Source: Burkholderiales bacterium (GTDB taxonomy: Bacteria > Pseudomonadota > Gammaproteobacteria > Burkholderiales > SG8-41). From it: a stretch of DNA of 64,000 nucleotides. The stretch is from assembly GCA_035524795.1 (NCBI GenBank), contig DATKOF010000007.1, positions 19,732 to 83,731 on the forward strand, read 5' to 3'. Shown here piece by piece: positions 45,259 through 54,364 of this stretch. Below the pieces are notes generated by a model that did not search any database, was not told where the DNA came from, and saw only the letters and a list, made by a program, of their open reading frames with translations. Within the stretch, counting starts at the first letter, position 1. Every line of letters begins with the position of its first letter. The translations under genes and the position numbers were made by a program.

Positions 45259-47181
45259 TCAACACTTGAAGAACGCGAGCACGTCCGCCAGTTCGCGCGT
45301 GCGCCGCATCGGCGGCAGGCTGGCGACAATCTTTCTGCCGTAGCCGCGGCTGACGAGGCGCGGATCGCAGATCATCAGCACGCCGCGGTCGTGCTCGTCG
45401 CGGATCAGACGCCCCGCGCCCTGCTTCAGCGCGAGCGTCGCTTCCGGCAATTGAAATTCCATGAAGGCATCGCGTCCGTCGCGCTTCATCCGTTCGATGC
45501 GCGCCGCCAGCAGCGGATCGTCGGGCGGCGCAAACGGCAGCTTGTCGATCACGACCAGCGACAGCGCCTCGCCGCGCACATCCACGCCCTCCCAGAACGA
45601 CTGGCTGCCGACCAGCACCGCATTGCCGAGCCGGCGGAAACGTTCGAGCAGTTCGGTGCGCGAACCCTCGCCCTGCGCCAGCAACGGAAAATCGAGCTTG
45701 TGCCGCTTGAACGCCTCGGCCAGCAGTTCGCGGCCTTCGCGCATCGCGCGCAGGCTGGTAAACAGCACAAACGCGCGGCCGCCGCTCGCCTCGATTACCG
45801 GCAGTGCGGCCTCGATCACCGCGCGCGTGTAATCGGGCGTATTCGGCTCCGGCATGTCCTTCGGCACATAGAACAGTGCGTGTGCGGCGTAATCGAACGG
45901 GCTTGGCCATGACTGCGCGTGCACGTCGTCGAGCCCCAGTTGGCTCCGGTAATGCGCGAAGTCGCCACCGACCGACAGCGTCGCCGAAGTGAGAATCCAC
46001 GCTCGCGCATGGCCGGCGATCTGCTGCTGGAATATCCCGGCCACCGACAGCGGCGTCGCGTTCAGTTGCAGCGCGTGGCCGAACAATTCGATCCAGCGTA
46101 CGTTGTCGGGATCATCGTGATCGCGCCAGTGCTTGACGGCTTCCGTCAGCGCCAGCGCGCGTTGCCAGCATTTTTCAAGACCCTCGCTGCGCTGCGCCTG
46201 AGATTCAAGCACTCCCGCCAAAGCTTCGAGTTTTTCGATGACCGCGGCCAGCGCGGGCTCAAACCCCCGATTTCTCTCAAGCTCGTGATAAGGAATGCGT
46301 CCGCCGTCCCCGCTGAAGGCCAGCCGCAGGTCGCGCGCCGCCTTGTCCAGCGCCTGCGCCGCGTCCGGCAACGACTTATAGTCCTTCGCCGCGGCGAGTC
46401 CTTCCATCCGTGCGTCGCGCGCCAGTTCGAGCAACTGCGAAGTCGAAACGGTCTGCCCGAAGAACAGGCTGGCGGTTTCCGGCAACTGATGCGCTTCGTC
46501 GAGAATGATGGTGTTCGACGCCGGCAGCAGCTCCGATACGCCTTCATCGCGCAGCACGACGTCGGCGAAAAACAGGTGGTGATTGACGACCACGACGTCG
46601 GCCGTCAGCGCCTGCTTGCGCGCCTCCATCACGAAGCATTTCGAATGGTGCTTGCACTCCGCGCCGAGACAGTTGTCGCGCGTCGAGGTCACGTACGACC
46701 AGATACCGGCGCTCTCCGGCACGTCGGGCAGGTCACTCTTGTCGCCGCTCGTGCTGTGCCTGGCGAAATTGACGATCTTCGGCAGATAACGCGCGTCGTC
46801 GCGGCTGGGAAAGCGGCCTTCGCTCTGCGCGCGTTCGAGATGGTAATGGCAGACGTAATTGGCGCGTCCCTTCAGCAGCGCGACGGTGACCGGCGCCTTC
46901 AGCGCCGCGCGCACGGTCTGGATGTCGCGGTCGAACAACTGGTCCTGCAGCGTCTTGGTGCCGGTCGAAATGATGACCTTTCCGCCCGACAGCAGCGCAG
47001 GTACCAGATAGGCGAAGGTCTTGCCGGTGCCGGTGCCGGCCTCCGCAATCAGCACCGAGTTGTGTTCGATCGCGTCGGCCACCGCGCGCGCCATTTCGAG
47101 CTGACTCTCGCGCACGCGGAAATCCCCGACCGCGCGGGACAGCGCGCCACTCGCAGAAAATATCGCTTCGAGATCGATCAA
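45259..47181 (-). CDS. yoaA: DinG-family ATP-dependent DNA helicase (YoaA-like, Fe-S)
   Basis: It has Walker A (AEAGTGTGKTFAYL), DEAH (ILDEAHQL) and an Fe-S Cys cluster (CLGAECKHHSKCF). The homologous region starts near a TTG at 47179-47181. The longest track ORF extends to 47394 with an unsupported 71-aa N-terminus. Confidence 0.85.
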   Translation of the reverse strand: MIDLEAIFSASGALSRAVGDFRVRESQLEMARAVADAIEHNSVLIAEAGTGTGKTFAYLVPALLSGGKVIISTGTKTLQDQLFDRDIQTVRAALKAPVTVALLKGRANYVCHYHLERAQSEGRFPSRDDARYLPKIVNFARHSTSGDKSDLPDVPESAGIWSYVTSTRDNCLGAECKHHSKCFVMEARKQALTADVVVVNHHLFFADVVLRDEGVSELLPASNTIILDEAHQLPETASLFFGQTVSTSQLLELARDARMEGLAAAKDYKSLPDAAQALDKAARDLRLAFSGDGGRIPYHELERNRGFEPALAAVIEKLEALAGVLESQAQRSEGLEKCWQRALALTEAVKHWRDHDDPDNVRWIELFGHALQLNATPLSVAGIFQQQIAGHARAWILTSATLSVGGDFAHYRSQLGLDDVHAQSWPSPFDYAAHALFYVPKDMPEPNTPDYTRAVIEAALPVIEASGGRAFVLFTSLRAMREGRELLAEAFKRHKLDFPLLAQGEGSRTELLERFRRLGNAVLVGSQSFWEGVDVRGEALSLVVIDKLPFAPPDDPLLAARIERMKRDGRDAFMEFQLPEATLALKQGAGRLIRDEHDRGVLMICDPRLVSRGYGRKIVASLPPMRRTRELADVLAFFKC

Positions 47182-47626
47182 CGGTATTCCGGCCGGAACG
47201 ATTCCGGCCGCGTCAAGGGCAAAGCGCGGAATTATCCCGAAAAAACCGTCGCCTGTCGCTGATTGCCGATCGGGATAACAAGCGTTACCGGAAAGCTGTT
47301 GGCGCTGCGTGGATGCCGCTGAGACCGCACCACAATAGCGATCACCGCGCGGTCTCCGCAGCAAGAGGCGCACTGCGCCACTCTGCGTCACCAATGCGTG
47401 CGTACAGGCGGCAGGCGGGTCAATCCCGGTTCGGTGGGTCGACGATTTTCATGCCCCGCCTGGGACATGAGGATCTGTCCTTTCGCAATCTTCTGCAGAA
47501 AGGGCTGTCGGCCGTGCTGGTGGCCGTCGGTGTCACTCTAGTCAGCAGTTGACTGGCTGAAATATTTTTTACATTTTGCGATTGGGAATTTTTTTGACGG
47601 ATCGCGGGTCATAAAGACTTCCCGGG

Positions 47627-47642
47627 CATTTATTGATAAATG
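47627..47642. promoter_or_regulatory. 16-bp palindrome CATTTAT-TG-ATAAATG upstream of the His/Gly-rich secreted protein gene
   Basis: This is a perfect 7-bp inverted repeat with a 2-bp spacer, about 80 nt upstream of the likely start. TTTATTGAT recurs at 47677-47685. Confidence 0.35.
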
Positions 47643-47722
47643 TCAAATCGGCCGTGATTCCATACCCTATTCTTAAATTTATTGATCATCCATTCCGGGC
47701 GTATAAACATGCTTCCGTGACG

Positions 47723-48172
47723 ATGGCTAATATGAGGCCGATGAAAATCATCATTTTTCTGATGGCGGGGGCAGTCGCCATCGTAGCGAGCAGGTCGTCC
47801 TTGGCCGTGTCCTCTGCCATGGTGGCAGGACATGCCGGTGGGCATTCGCCGGCAGGCGGACATTTCCCAGCCGGTGGACACGCCCCATACAGAGGTGGTG
47901 GACATGCAGGTGTCGGCGTTTATATCGGCGTTCCGCTATTCGTTCCCGATTTTTACTATGCTCCTTACTACTATTACCCGCCGGTAGTAACGCTCCCTGC
48001 AGTACCGCCGGCCTACATCGAGCAAGACGACAGCGGCACGGCGCATGAGCCGGCGCAAGCAGAACAGGCATATTGGTATTATTGCGTCGAGGCGAAAGCC
48101 TACTATCCTTACGTCAAGGACTGCCCCGGTGGCTGGCAGCGCGTCGTGCCATCGCTGCCGCCTGCGCAATAA
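47723..48172 (+). CDS. Secreted His/Gly-repeat protein with a C-terminal YWYYC...AYYPYV..CPGGW motif
   Basis: It has a signal peptide (MKIIIFLMAGAVAIVA), the repeats GHAGGHSPAGGHFPAGGHAPYRGGGHAG, a Tyr/Pro-rich linker and a two-Cys C-terminal motif. Alternative starts are at 47732 and 47741. Confidence 0.6.
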   Translation: MANMRPMKIIIFLMAGAVAIVASRSSLAVSSAMVAGHAGGHSPAGGHFPAGGHAPYRGGGHAGVGVYIGVPLFVPDFYYAPYYYYPPVVTLPAVPPAYIEQDDSGTAHEPAQAEQAYWYYCVEAKAYYPYVKDCPGGWQRVVPSLPPAQ

Positions 48173-48216
48173 TTTTCGCTCTCTTCGCGTCTGTTCATAT
48201 GATTAGGACAATAGAC

Positions 48217-48756
48217 ATGATCAATTACCGGAAAATGTGCTGGGCGATGCTGATTGCATTGGGCGTTCTGGGATGGAATACAATCGGGTGGACGGCCGAT
48301 GAACCATCAGGCGACGCTCACGCCATCGCGCCTCAGAGTGGCTATCAGGCGGATCGCAAGCCGCTCCATGTCTGGCGCGGTCCCATCAATCTTTCCTACG
48401 TGGAAATCGACGAGTTGAAGCTTTCCCCCGCTCAGCAGCAACTGTGGGAAAAAGCGCAGCAACGGACGAGCGAGGCGTTCGATCAGGCGCGGGTCATCGG
48501 CCGCAACATGCGCGACCAATTGCGGGTTGACCTCGACAAACCCGGTACCGATCTGAAGCAGATCATCCTGCGCGAAGAGGAAATCAGGCCGCAAATCGAA
48601 GCCGCGTTCAAACCGGCAAGGGATGCCTGGTTCACCGCCTACGATTCGCTGGACGCCGATCAAAAGGAGCGGTTGCGTGAAGCCGTCCGTGAAGGCATGG
48701 AATTTTCGCCCGCCTTCCCGGTGCCCCCCGCGCCCATCCCCGCCCAGCCTCACTGA
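48217..48756 (+). CDS. Periplasmic Spy/CpxP/ZraP-like protein (LTxxQ-type)
   Basis: AGGA lies 9 nt upstream of the ATG at 48217. The product has a signal peptide and a helical, charged body with LSPAQQQLWEKAQ and DADQKERLREA motifs. Confidence 0.45.
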   Translation: MINYRKMCWAMLIALGVLGWNTIGWTADEPSGDAHAIAPQSGYQADRKPLHVWRGPINLSYVEIDELKLSPAQQQLWEKAQQRTSEAFDQARVIGRNMRDQLRVDLDKPGTDLKQIILREEEIRPQIEAAFKPARDAWFTAYDSLDADQKERLREAVREGMEFSPAFPVPPAPIPAQPH

Positions 48757-48897
48757 GTGATTCTGACTGGCACTTTAGTCGCGAATAGTTGTACCCTCGT
48801 GTTTGTTGCGACTCCAGCGCCCGCTTTTAGTCTTATTCCGCGTTGGTAACGAAAGTCCGCGGGATTTTTTCTGAGGAATTCAGAAAAAGAGGATACC

Positions 48898-49611
48898 GTG
48901 AATAATCTTTATGATCTGTCCACCGGATTGATCCGCCGGCTCTACGACAAGCGCCTTTCCGATTCTCCGGTACTGGATATGGCAGCGCGGTTTCCGGAAG
49001 CCCGGCGCTTCGTCGCGGACTGGCGCGCGCTGCGCGACGAGGCTTTGATGCTCGCGGAAAACCTCGGGCAGGTGCCGCGTTTTCACGAACTGATGATGGA
49101 ACAGGCAAGCATTTCAGCGAACGACGGCCGCGACTGGCGGATGTTCGTTCTGAAAGCTTATGGTGTCCCGGTTTCCAGGAACATGTCCCGGTGTCCGCGA
49201 CTGGCCGCACTGGTGGAAGAGACGCCCGATGTATTGTCCGCCGCGCTGTCTTTCCTGGCTCCGCACAAACACATTCCGTCCCACCGCGGTCCTTTCCGCG
49301 GAGTACTGAGATTCTACCTCGGCCTGGCGGTACCGATCGCGCCCGACGGCCGTCCCGCCACCGTGCTGACAATCGACGGCATTGAATACCATATCGCCAG
49401 CGGAGAGGCTCTGCTCTGGGACGACACTTTCCCGCATGAGGTTCGCAACGATAGCGAAGCTCCGCGCATCGCGCTGCTGCTCGATATACGCCGCCGTGGC
49501 ATGCCGCCGGACATGGAGTTGCTGTCGAGGCTGTTGATCGGGGTCGCCGGCACCGCTGTATGGATGCGGAGCAGAAATGAAAACCATGGGTCGGAAGCGC
49601 GCCGCCAGTGA
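48898..49611 (+). CDS. Aspartyl/asparaginyl beta-hydroxylase-family 2OG-Fe(II) oxygenase
   Basis: 237 aa. HKHIPSHRGPFRGVLRFYLGLAVP...WDDTFPHEVRNDS..RIALLLD matches the Asp_Arg_Hydrox signature. Confidence 0.75.
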   Translation: MNNLYDLSTGLIRRLYDKRLSDSPVLDMAARFPEARRFVADWRALRDEALMLAENLGQVPRFHELMMEQASISANDGRDWRMFVLKAYGVPVSRNMSRCPRLAALVEETPDVLSAALSFLAPHKHIPSHRGPFRGVLRFYLGLAVPIAPDGRPATVLTIDGIEYHIASGEALLWDDTFPHEVRNDSEAPRIALLLDIRRRGMPPDMELLSRLLIGVAGTAVWMRSRNENHGSEARRQ

Positions 49612-49632
49612 CGCCACGGCGAATCATCTTCA

Positions 49633-50187
49633 ATGCTGATTCAGGGGGATGACGTGAAAAGAAGCCTGCCGTTGTCCGGGGTCTATCGCCTGCTCGAGCC
49701 GGGGCCGGTGGTGATGCTGACCACTTCCCGCAAAGGCCGGCCGAACGTGATGACGATGTCGTGGCACATGATGATCGACTTCGAGCCGCCGCTCGTCGGC
49801 TGCGTGCTCAGCGACCGCGATTTCAGCTTCGATACGCTGCGAGTCACCAGGGAATGCGTGATCAACATCCCGACCGTGAACCTGGCAAAGCAGGCAGTCG
49901 GCTGCGGCAATACTTCGGGACGGACGGTGGACAAGTTCAGAACCTTCCGCCTGACCCCGCTGCCTGCATCGCGCGTCGCCGCGCCGCTGATCGCCGAATG
50001 CTACGCCAGCCTCGAATGCCGCGTGGCCGACACCCGCCTGGTGAACAAGTACGGCCTGTTCATCCTCGAAGTGGTCAAGGCCTGGATCGATCCCTCGATC
50101 AGGCATCCGAAGACGATCCACCATCTCGGCAATGGCCGTTTCATGATCGCCGGCAGGACGATCAAGCTGCCGTCGAAAATGAAATAA
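49633..50187 (+). CDS. Flavin reductase-like FMN-binding domain protein
   Basis: 184 aa. PVVMLTTSRKGRPNVMTMSWHMMIDFEPPLVGCVL is typical of the Flavin_Reduct split-barrel family. Confidence 0.75.
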   Translation: MLIQGDDVKRSLPLSGVYRLLEPGPVVMLTTSRKGRPNVMTMSWHMMIDFEPPLVGCVLSDRDFSFDTLRVTRECVINIPTVNLAKQAVGCGNTSGRTVDKFRTFRLTPLPASRVAAPLIAECYASLECRVADTRLVNKYGLFILEVVKAWIDPSIRHPKTIHHLGNGRFMIAGRTIKLPSKMK

Positions 50188-50190
50188 CCC

Positions 50191-51096
50191 TCAGCGCGGG
50201 GCAGCCGCCGCTGTCGCGGCCGTAGTGGTGATCGTCTTGTCGGCGATTTTCTGGCGGATCAGCGGAATCACGGCGAGCGCCGCCCTTTCACCCACCCCGA
50301 TCGCAAGCTCGCGGTCGTCGAAATCGGCGCTGCCCAGCGCGCCGACTTCGGGCCGGATCACGACGTCGGCGTCGGCCAGTTCGTGGCCGGCGATCGACTG
50401 CTCCATGATGGAGAACGTCTGCAACAGGATGTCTATGCTGTCGCCGGTTTTCCTGAATTGCGGCTTGCCGGAAATATCGACCGCGATCACGATACCGGCG
50501 CCCAGCGCACGCGCCACGCCGACCGGCACCGGACTGGTCAACCCGCCGTCCACGTATTCGCGGCCGTCGATCATGACCGGCTGGAACACGCCGGGCACGC
50601 TGCTCGACGCGCGCACCGCGACGCCGGTGTCGCCGCTCTGGAGCACGCGGCGCTCGCCGGTCTTCAGATCGGTGACGACGACGGCGAACGGCTTGTTGAG
50701 TTTTTCCAGCGGCCGGTTCTGCGCCATGCGATCGACGAAATCCTGCAGCGCCTGGCCCTTGATGAAACCGCGATCGGGCAACGACCAGTCGGCGACCATC
50801 GCGCTGTCCATCCGCAGCGCGACACGCTCGAGGTCGGCGGCGCCGTAGCCCGCCGCATACAGCGCGCCGACCACGCTGCCGGCGCTGGTGCCGACGATAA
50901 TATCGGGCGCGATGCCGCTGGCCTCGAGCGCCTTGATCACGCCGATGTGCGCGAAACCGCGCGTGCCGCCGCCGCCCAGCACCAGTGCGATCTTCGGCGG
51001 CACCTGTACGATCTGCGGCGGCGGCGCGGTGGGCAGCGTCGTGCAGCCGCCAAGCATCAGCAGTAAAAAAACAACCCGGATATGCGGCGAACGCAT
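50191..51096 (-). CDS. Patatin-like phospholipase (lipoprotein)
   Basis: It has a lipobox (LLMLGGC), an oxyanion GGGGTRG, the GTSAGS nucleophile motif and DGG. Confidence 0.88.
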   Translation of the reverse strand: MRSPHIRVVFLLLMLGGCTTLPTAPPPQIVQVPPKIALVLGGGGTRGFAHIGVIKALEASGIAPDIIVGTSAGSVVGALYAAGYGAADLERVALRMDSAMVADWSLPDRGFIKGQALQDFVDRMAQNRPLEKLNKPFAVVVTDLKTGERRVLQSGDTGVAVRASSSVPGVFQPVMIDGREYVDGGLTSPVPVGVARALGAGIVIAVDISGKPQFRKTGDSIDILLQTFSIMEQSIAGHELADADVVIRPEVGALGSADFDDRELAIGVGERAALAVIPLIRQKIADKTITTTAATAAAAPR

Positions 51097-51210
51097 GGCG
51101 AGAAGCGGAGTTCAGTATTTCAATTGTAACCGCGCACGCCTCCAACGCAAGGCGTGTCCGTTGCCGCGCCATACGCTGCCCCCCCCGCCTTGCGGCGAGG
51201 CGGACGCTGC

Positions 51211-51432
51211 TTACTGGAAGGTGGTCTGCTGGCGGCCGTTCACTTCCGCTTCCGCACGCAGCCAATCTTCGAGTTCATGCCCCTGCTCGAAACCCCGTCG
51301 TTCGGCAATGAAATACGCAGCCTCCGCAATCTGCCTGTCGCGGTCTGCTACCAAATTGTTTTTCGCCTGCAGCTCGAGTTTTTCGTCGGTTTTCTGGCGG
51401 CGTTTGCTGCTATCGCTGATTTGCGCACTCAT
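51211..51432 (-). CDS. DUF2934-family small protein
   Basis: 73 aa. The IAEAAYFIAERRGFEQGHELEDWLRAEAEV motif is present. Confidence 0.7.
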   Translation of the reverse strand: MSAQISDSSKRRQKTDEKLELQAKNNLVADRDRQIAEAAYFIAERRGFEQGHELEDWLRAEAEVNGRQQTTFQ

Positions 51433-51660
51433 CGTAATCTCCTTTCAAATATCTTATTTCATGCCATCGATTTCTTGTTTCCCGTGAAAATCCCACAATC
51501 CCAGAAACCCTAGTTTGATTTATATCAGCTTTCATTCACATACCGGCTGCAGCCACCGATTACCATGCCTGCAGATCATTTCAACCAGATGACAACCGTC
51601 CGCGGCTATCGTTCCGATTACCATCATGAAAACTGCCGGCCGGTGGACAAGGCGCGGAAC

Positions 51661-54336
51661 TCAGCCCAACACCCGCGTGATTTCGATGACAGTGGAAGCC
51701 ATCGCAGTAGCGGGCACCTCAAAACCGAGACTACGCGCAAGATGCAGCATCGCATCGTTGTCCGGCAGCACATTGCCGGTCATGCGCCGGTAACCGGCGT
51801 CGCGCGCCGCGTCCATCAACCGTTCCATCAGCAGCGTGCCCGCGCCGCGGCGTTGCCAGGCGTCGGCGACGGTAACCGCGAACTCGCACGACTCGCCGTC
51901 GGGATTCGGGTTGTAGCGCGCAACGCCGATCATTTGATCGGTATCCTCTGATAGCGCGATCAGCGCCAATTCGCGTTCGTAATCGAGCTGCGTCAGGCGC
52001 GCCAGCATTTCCGGCGTCAGTGTGCGCACCGCGCCGAGAAAACGCGTGCGGCGCGACTGTTCCGAAATCTGATGCTCGACGAAATCCCGTTCCAATGCCG
52101 CATCCTCCGGCCGTATCGGCCGCACGCGCAGCGCGGTGCCGTCGGCCAGTGCCGCCCGCGTTTCCAGGTGCGCCGGATACGGATGGATAGCGAGATGGCG
52201 ATAATGGCGGTCGGGCTGCAGGCGCGCCGGATCGATCACCACCCGCGCGTCGAGCGCGACGCAGTCGGCGTCGTCGACCAACAGCGGGTTGATGTCCATT
52301 TCCACCAGCCACGGCAGCGCGCACACCATGTCCGAGACGCGCGTCAGCGCATCGACGATCGCCGCCGCGTCGGCGGCGGGCACCTGGCGGTAGGCGCCGA
52401 GGACGCGGGAAATCCGGGTGCGGGCGATCATCTCCTGCGCCAGCAGGCGATTCAGCGGCGGCAGGCCGATCACGTTGTCGCGCAGCAGTTCGACCGCGAC
52501 GCCGCCGGCGCCGAAGCTGAGCACGCGGCCGAACACCGGATCGGTCGCAACGCCGATCATCAACTCGCGCCCGAAACGTTTTTCGATCAGCGGCTGGACG
52601 ACGACGCCCTCAATCCGCGCGTCCGGCCGCGCCGCGCGCACCTCTGCCAGCAAGCGCTCGTACTCGCGCGCCAGCCCGGCCTCATCGCGAATGCCGAGCC
52701 GCACGCCCTTGACGTCGGATTTATGACTGATGTCGGGCGACAGGATTTTGAGCGCCAGCGGATAACCGAGCCGCTGCGCCGCGGTGTGCGCGTCTTCCAT
52801 GGTCTTCGCGATCAAAACGGGTGGTGCGGCGACACCGAAACACGCCAGCAACTGCTTGGATTCCGGTTCGGTCAGCACCGTGCGGCCGGCGGCGGCGGCG
52901 GCCGCGGCGAGCCGCTGCGCCGCGTCGACATCGTGCGCGCTGTCCCGCGTGCGCGGCGGCGGCACTTCGTGCAGCAGCCTCTGCACGCGCCGGTATTCCG
53001 CCAGCATGCCGAACGCGGCGACCGCGCTTTCGGGCGAGCGGAATGCCGGCAGCCCGGCCGCTTCGACCACCGCGGATCCGGCCTGCATCTCGGCGCCACC
53101 CAGCCACGCGGTCAGCACCGGCCTGGCCGAGGCGCGCGCGGTATCGGCGATGACTTGAGCGGCAATCCGTGCCGGCAGCAACAGCTGCGGATAGAACAGC
53201 GCGAGCACTGCGTCGCTGCCGTCGTCCGCGAGCAAGGACGCCAGCGCCGCCTGCAGCCGCGCCGCGTCGGCATCGCCCAGGATATCGACCGGGTTGCCGT
53301 GCGACCACTGCGGCGGCAACCGGGCGTTCAGCGCTTCGAGCGTGGCGGGCGCCAGTCCGGCGAGTTCGACGCCAGCGTCGGCGGCGTAATCGGCGGCCAG
53401 CACGCCGGGACCGCCGCCGTTGGTCAGTATCGCCAGGCGGCCGCCCTGCGGCAGCCGCGCAGCGCCGAGCAGGCCGGCGGCAGTGAGCATGCCGTCGTAA
53501 GTGCGTACTCTGACTACGCCGCAGCGACGCAGCGCCGCATCGAATACCGCATCGTTGCCGGCAAGCGCGCCGGTGTGGCTCATCGCCGCCTTTGAACCGG
53601 ACAGATGGCGCCCCGCTTTGATGACGACGATCGGCTTGATGCGGGCGGCGGCGCGCAGGCCGGAAACGAAGCGGCGCGCATCGTGCACGCCTTCGATGTA
53701 AAGCAGGATGGTGCGGGTCGCGGAATCCCAAGTCAGGAAATCGAGGATTTCACCGAAATCGAGGTCGCTGCCGGCGCCGGTCGAAATCACGCTCGAAAAG
53801 CCGATGCCGAGCCCGGTCGCGGCATCGACCAGCGCGGTGATCAGCGCCCCCGACTGCGAAACCAGCGCCACCGCACCGGCGCGCGCGGCGCCGCGCGCGA
53901 AAGTCGCGTTGAGCCCGATCGACGGGCGCATGATGCCGAGGCAGTTGGGGCCGATCAGCCGGACGCCGTGCTCGCGTACGGCCGCCGCAACCTGTGCTTC
54001 GAGTTCGCGGCCCGCCGGTCCGGTTTCGCCGAATCCCGCCGACAGCACCACCATATGTCGCACGCCGGCCGTGCCGGCATCGCGCACGATCGACGGCACG
54101 GCTGCGCCGGGCGTGGCGACCACCGCGAGATCGACCGGATGCCCGATCGCCTCGAGCGACGGATAACAGCGCACGCCGGCGACCTGGCTGTATTTGGGAT
54201 TGACCGCAATGATCTCGCCGGCGAAACCGCCGCCGCGCAGATTTTCGAGGACGATGTTGCCGAGTGATCCGCTGCGCTGGCTGGCGCCCACCACCGCCAC
54301 GCTGCGCGGTGCGAACAGCCGTTCAAGATAATGCAT
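51661..54336 (-). CDS. pat: Bifunctional ADP-forming acyl-CoA synthetase-like / GNAT protein lysine acetyltransferase (Pat/PatZ family)
   Basis: 891 aa with an N-terminal CoA-binding and succinyl-CoA-ligase-like region, an ATP-grasp and a C-terminal GNAT (QRRGAGTLLMERLMDAARDAGY). Confidence 0.85.
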   Translation of the reverse strand: MHYLERLFAPRSVAVVGASQRSGSLGNIVLENLRGGGFAGEIIAVNPKYSQVAGVRCYPSLEAIGHPVDLAVVATPGAAVPSIVRDAGTAGVRHMVVLSAGFGETGPAGRELEAQVAAAVREHGVRLIGPNCLGIMRPSIGLNATFARGAARAGAVALVSQSGALITALVDAATGLGIGFSSVISTGAGSDLDFGEILDFLTWDSATRTILLYIEGVHDARRFVSGLRAAARIKPIVVIKAGRHLSGSKAAMSHTGALAGNDAVFDAALRRCGVVRVRTYDGMLTAAGLLGAARLPQGGRLAILTNGGGPGVLAADYAADAGVELAGLAPATLEALNARLPPQWSHGNPVDILGDADAARLQAALASLLADDGSDAVLALFYPQLLLPARIAAQVIADTARASARPVLTAWLGGAEMQAGSAVVEAAGLPAFRSPESAVAAFGMLAEYRRVQRLLHEVPPPRTRDSAHDVDAAQRLAAAAAAAGRTVLTEPESKQLLACFGVAAPPVLIAKTMEDAHTAAQRLGYPLALKILSPDISHKSDVKGVRLGIRDEAGLAREYERLLAEVRAARPDARIEGVVVQPLIEKRFGRELMIGVATDPVFGRVLSFGAGGVAVELLRDNVIGLPPLNRLLAQEMIARTRISRVLGAYRQVPAADAAAIVDALTRVSDMVCALPWLVEMDINPLLVDDADCVALDARVVIDPARLQPDRHYRHLAIHPYPAHLETRAALADGTALRVRPIRPEDAALERDFVEHQISEQSRRTRFLGAVRTLTPEMLARLTQLDYERELALIALSEDTDQMIGVARYNPNPDGESCEFAVTVADAWQRRGAGTLLMERLMDAARDAGYRRMTGNVLPDNDAMLHLARSLGFEVPATAMASTVIEITRVLG

Positions 54337-54364
54337 CCGCTATCCCATGGCGCCGCGCCGTTTT

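Noticed and set aside
47313-47552. 79-aa ORF, or its internal 33-codon ATG version ending in a hydrophobic tail, between the helicase gene and the His-rich protein gene
   Set aside because: The first half overlaps the unsupported helicase N-terminal extension. There is no SD before the internal ATG, and nothing indicates conservation.
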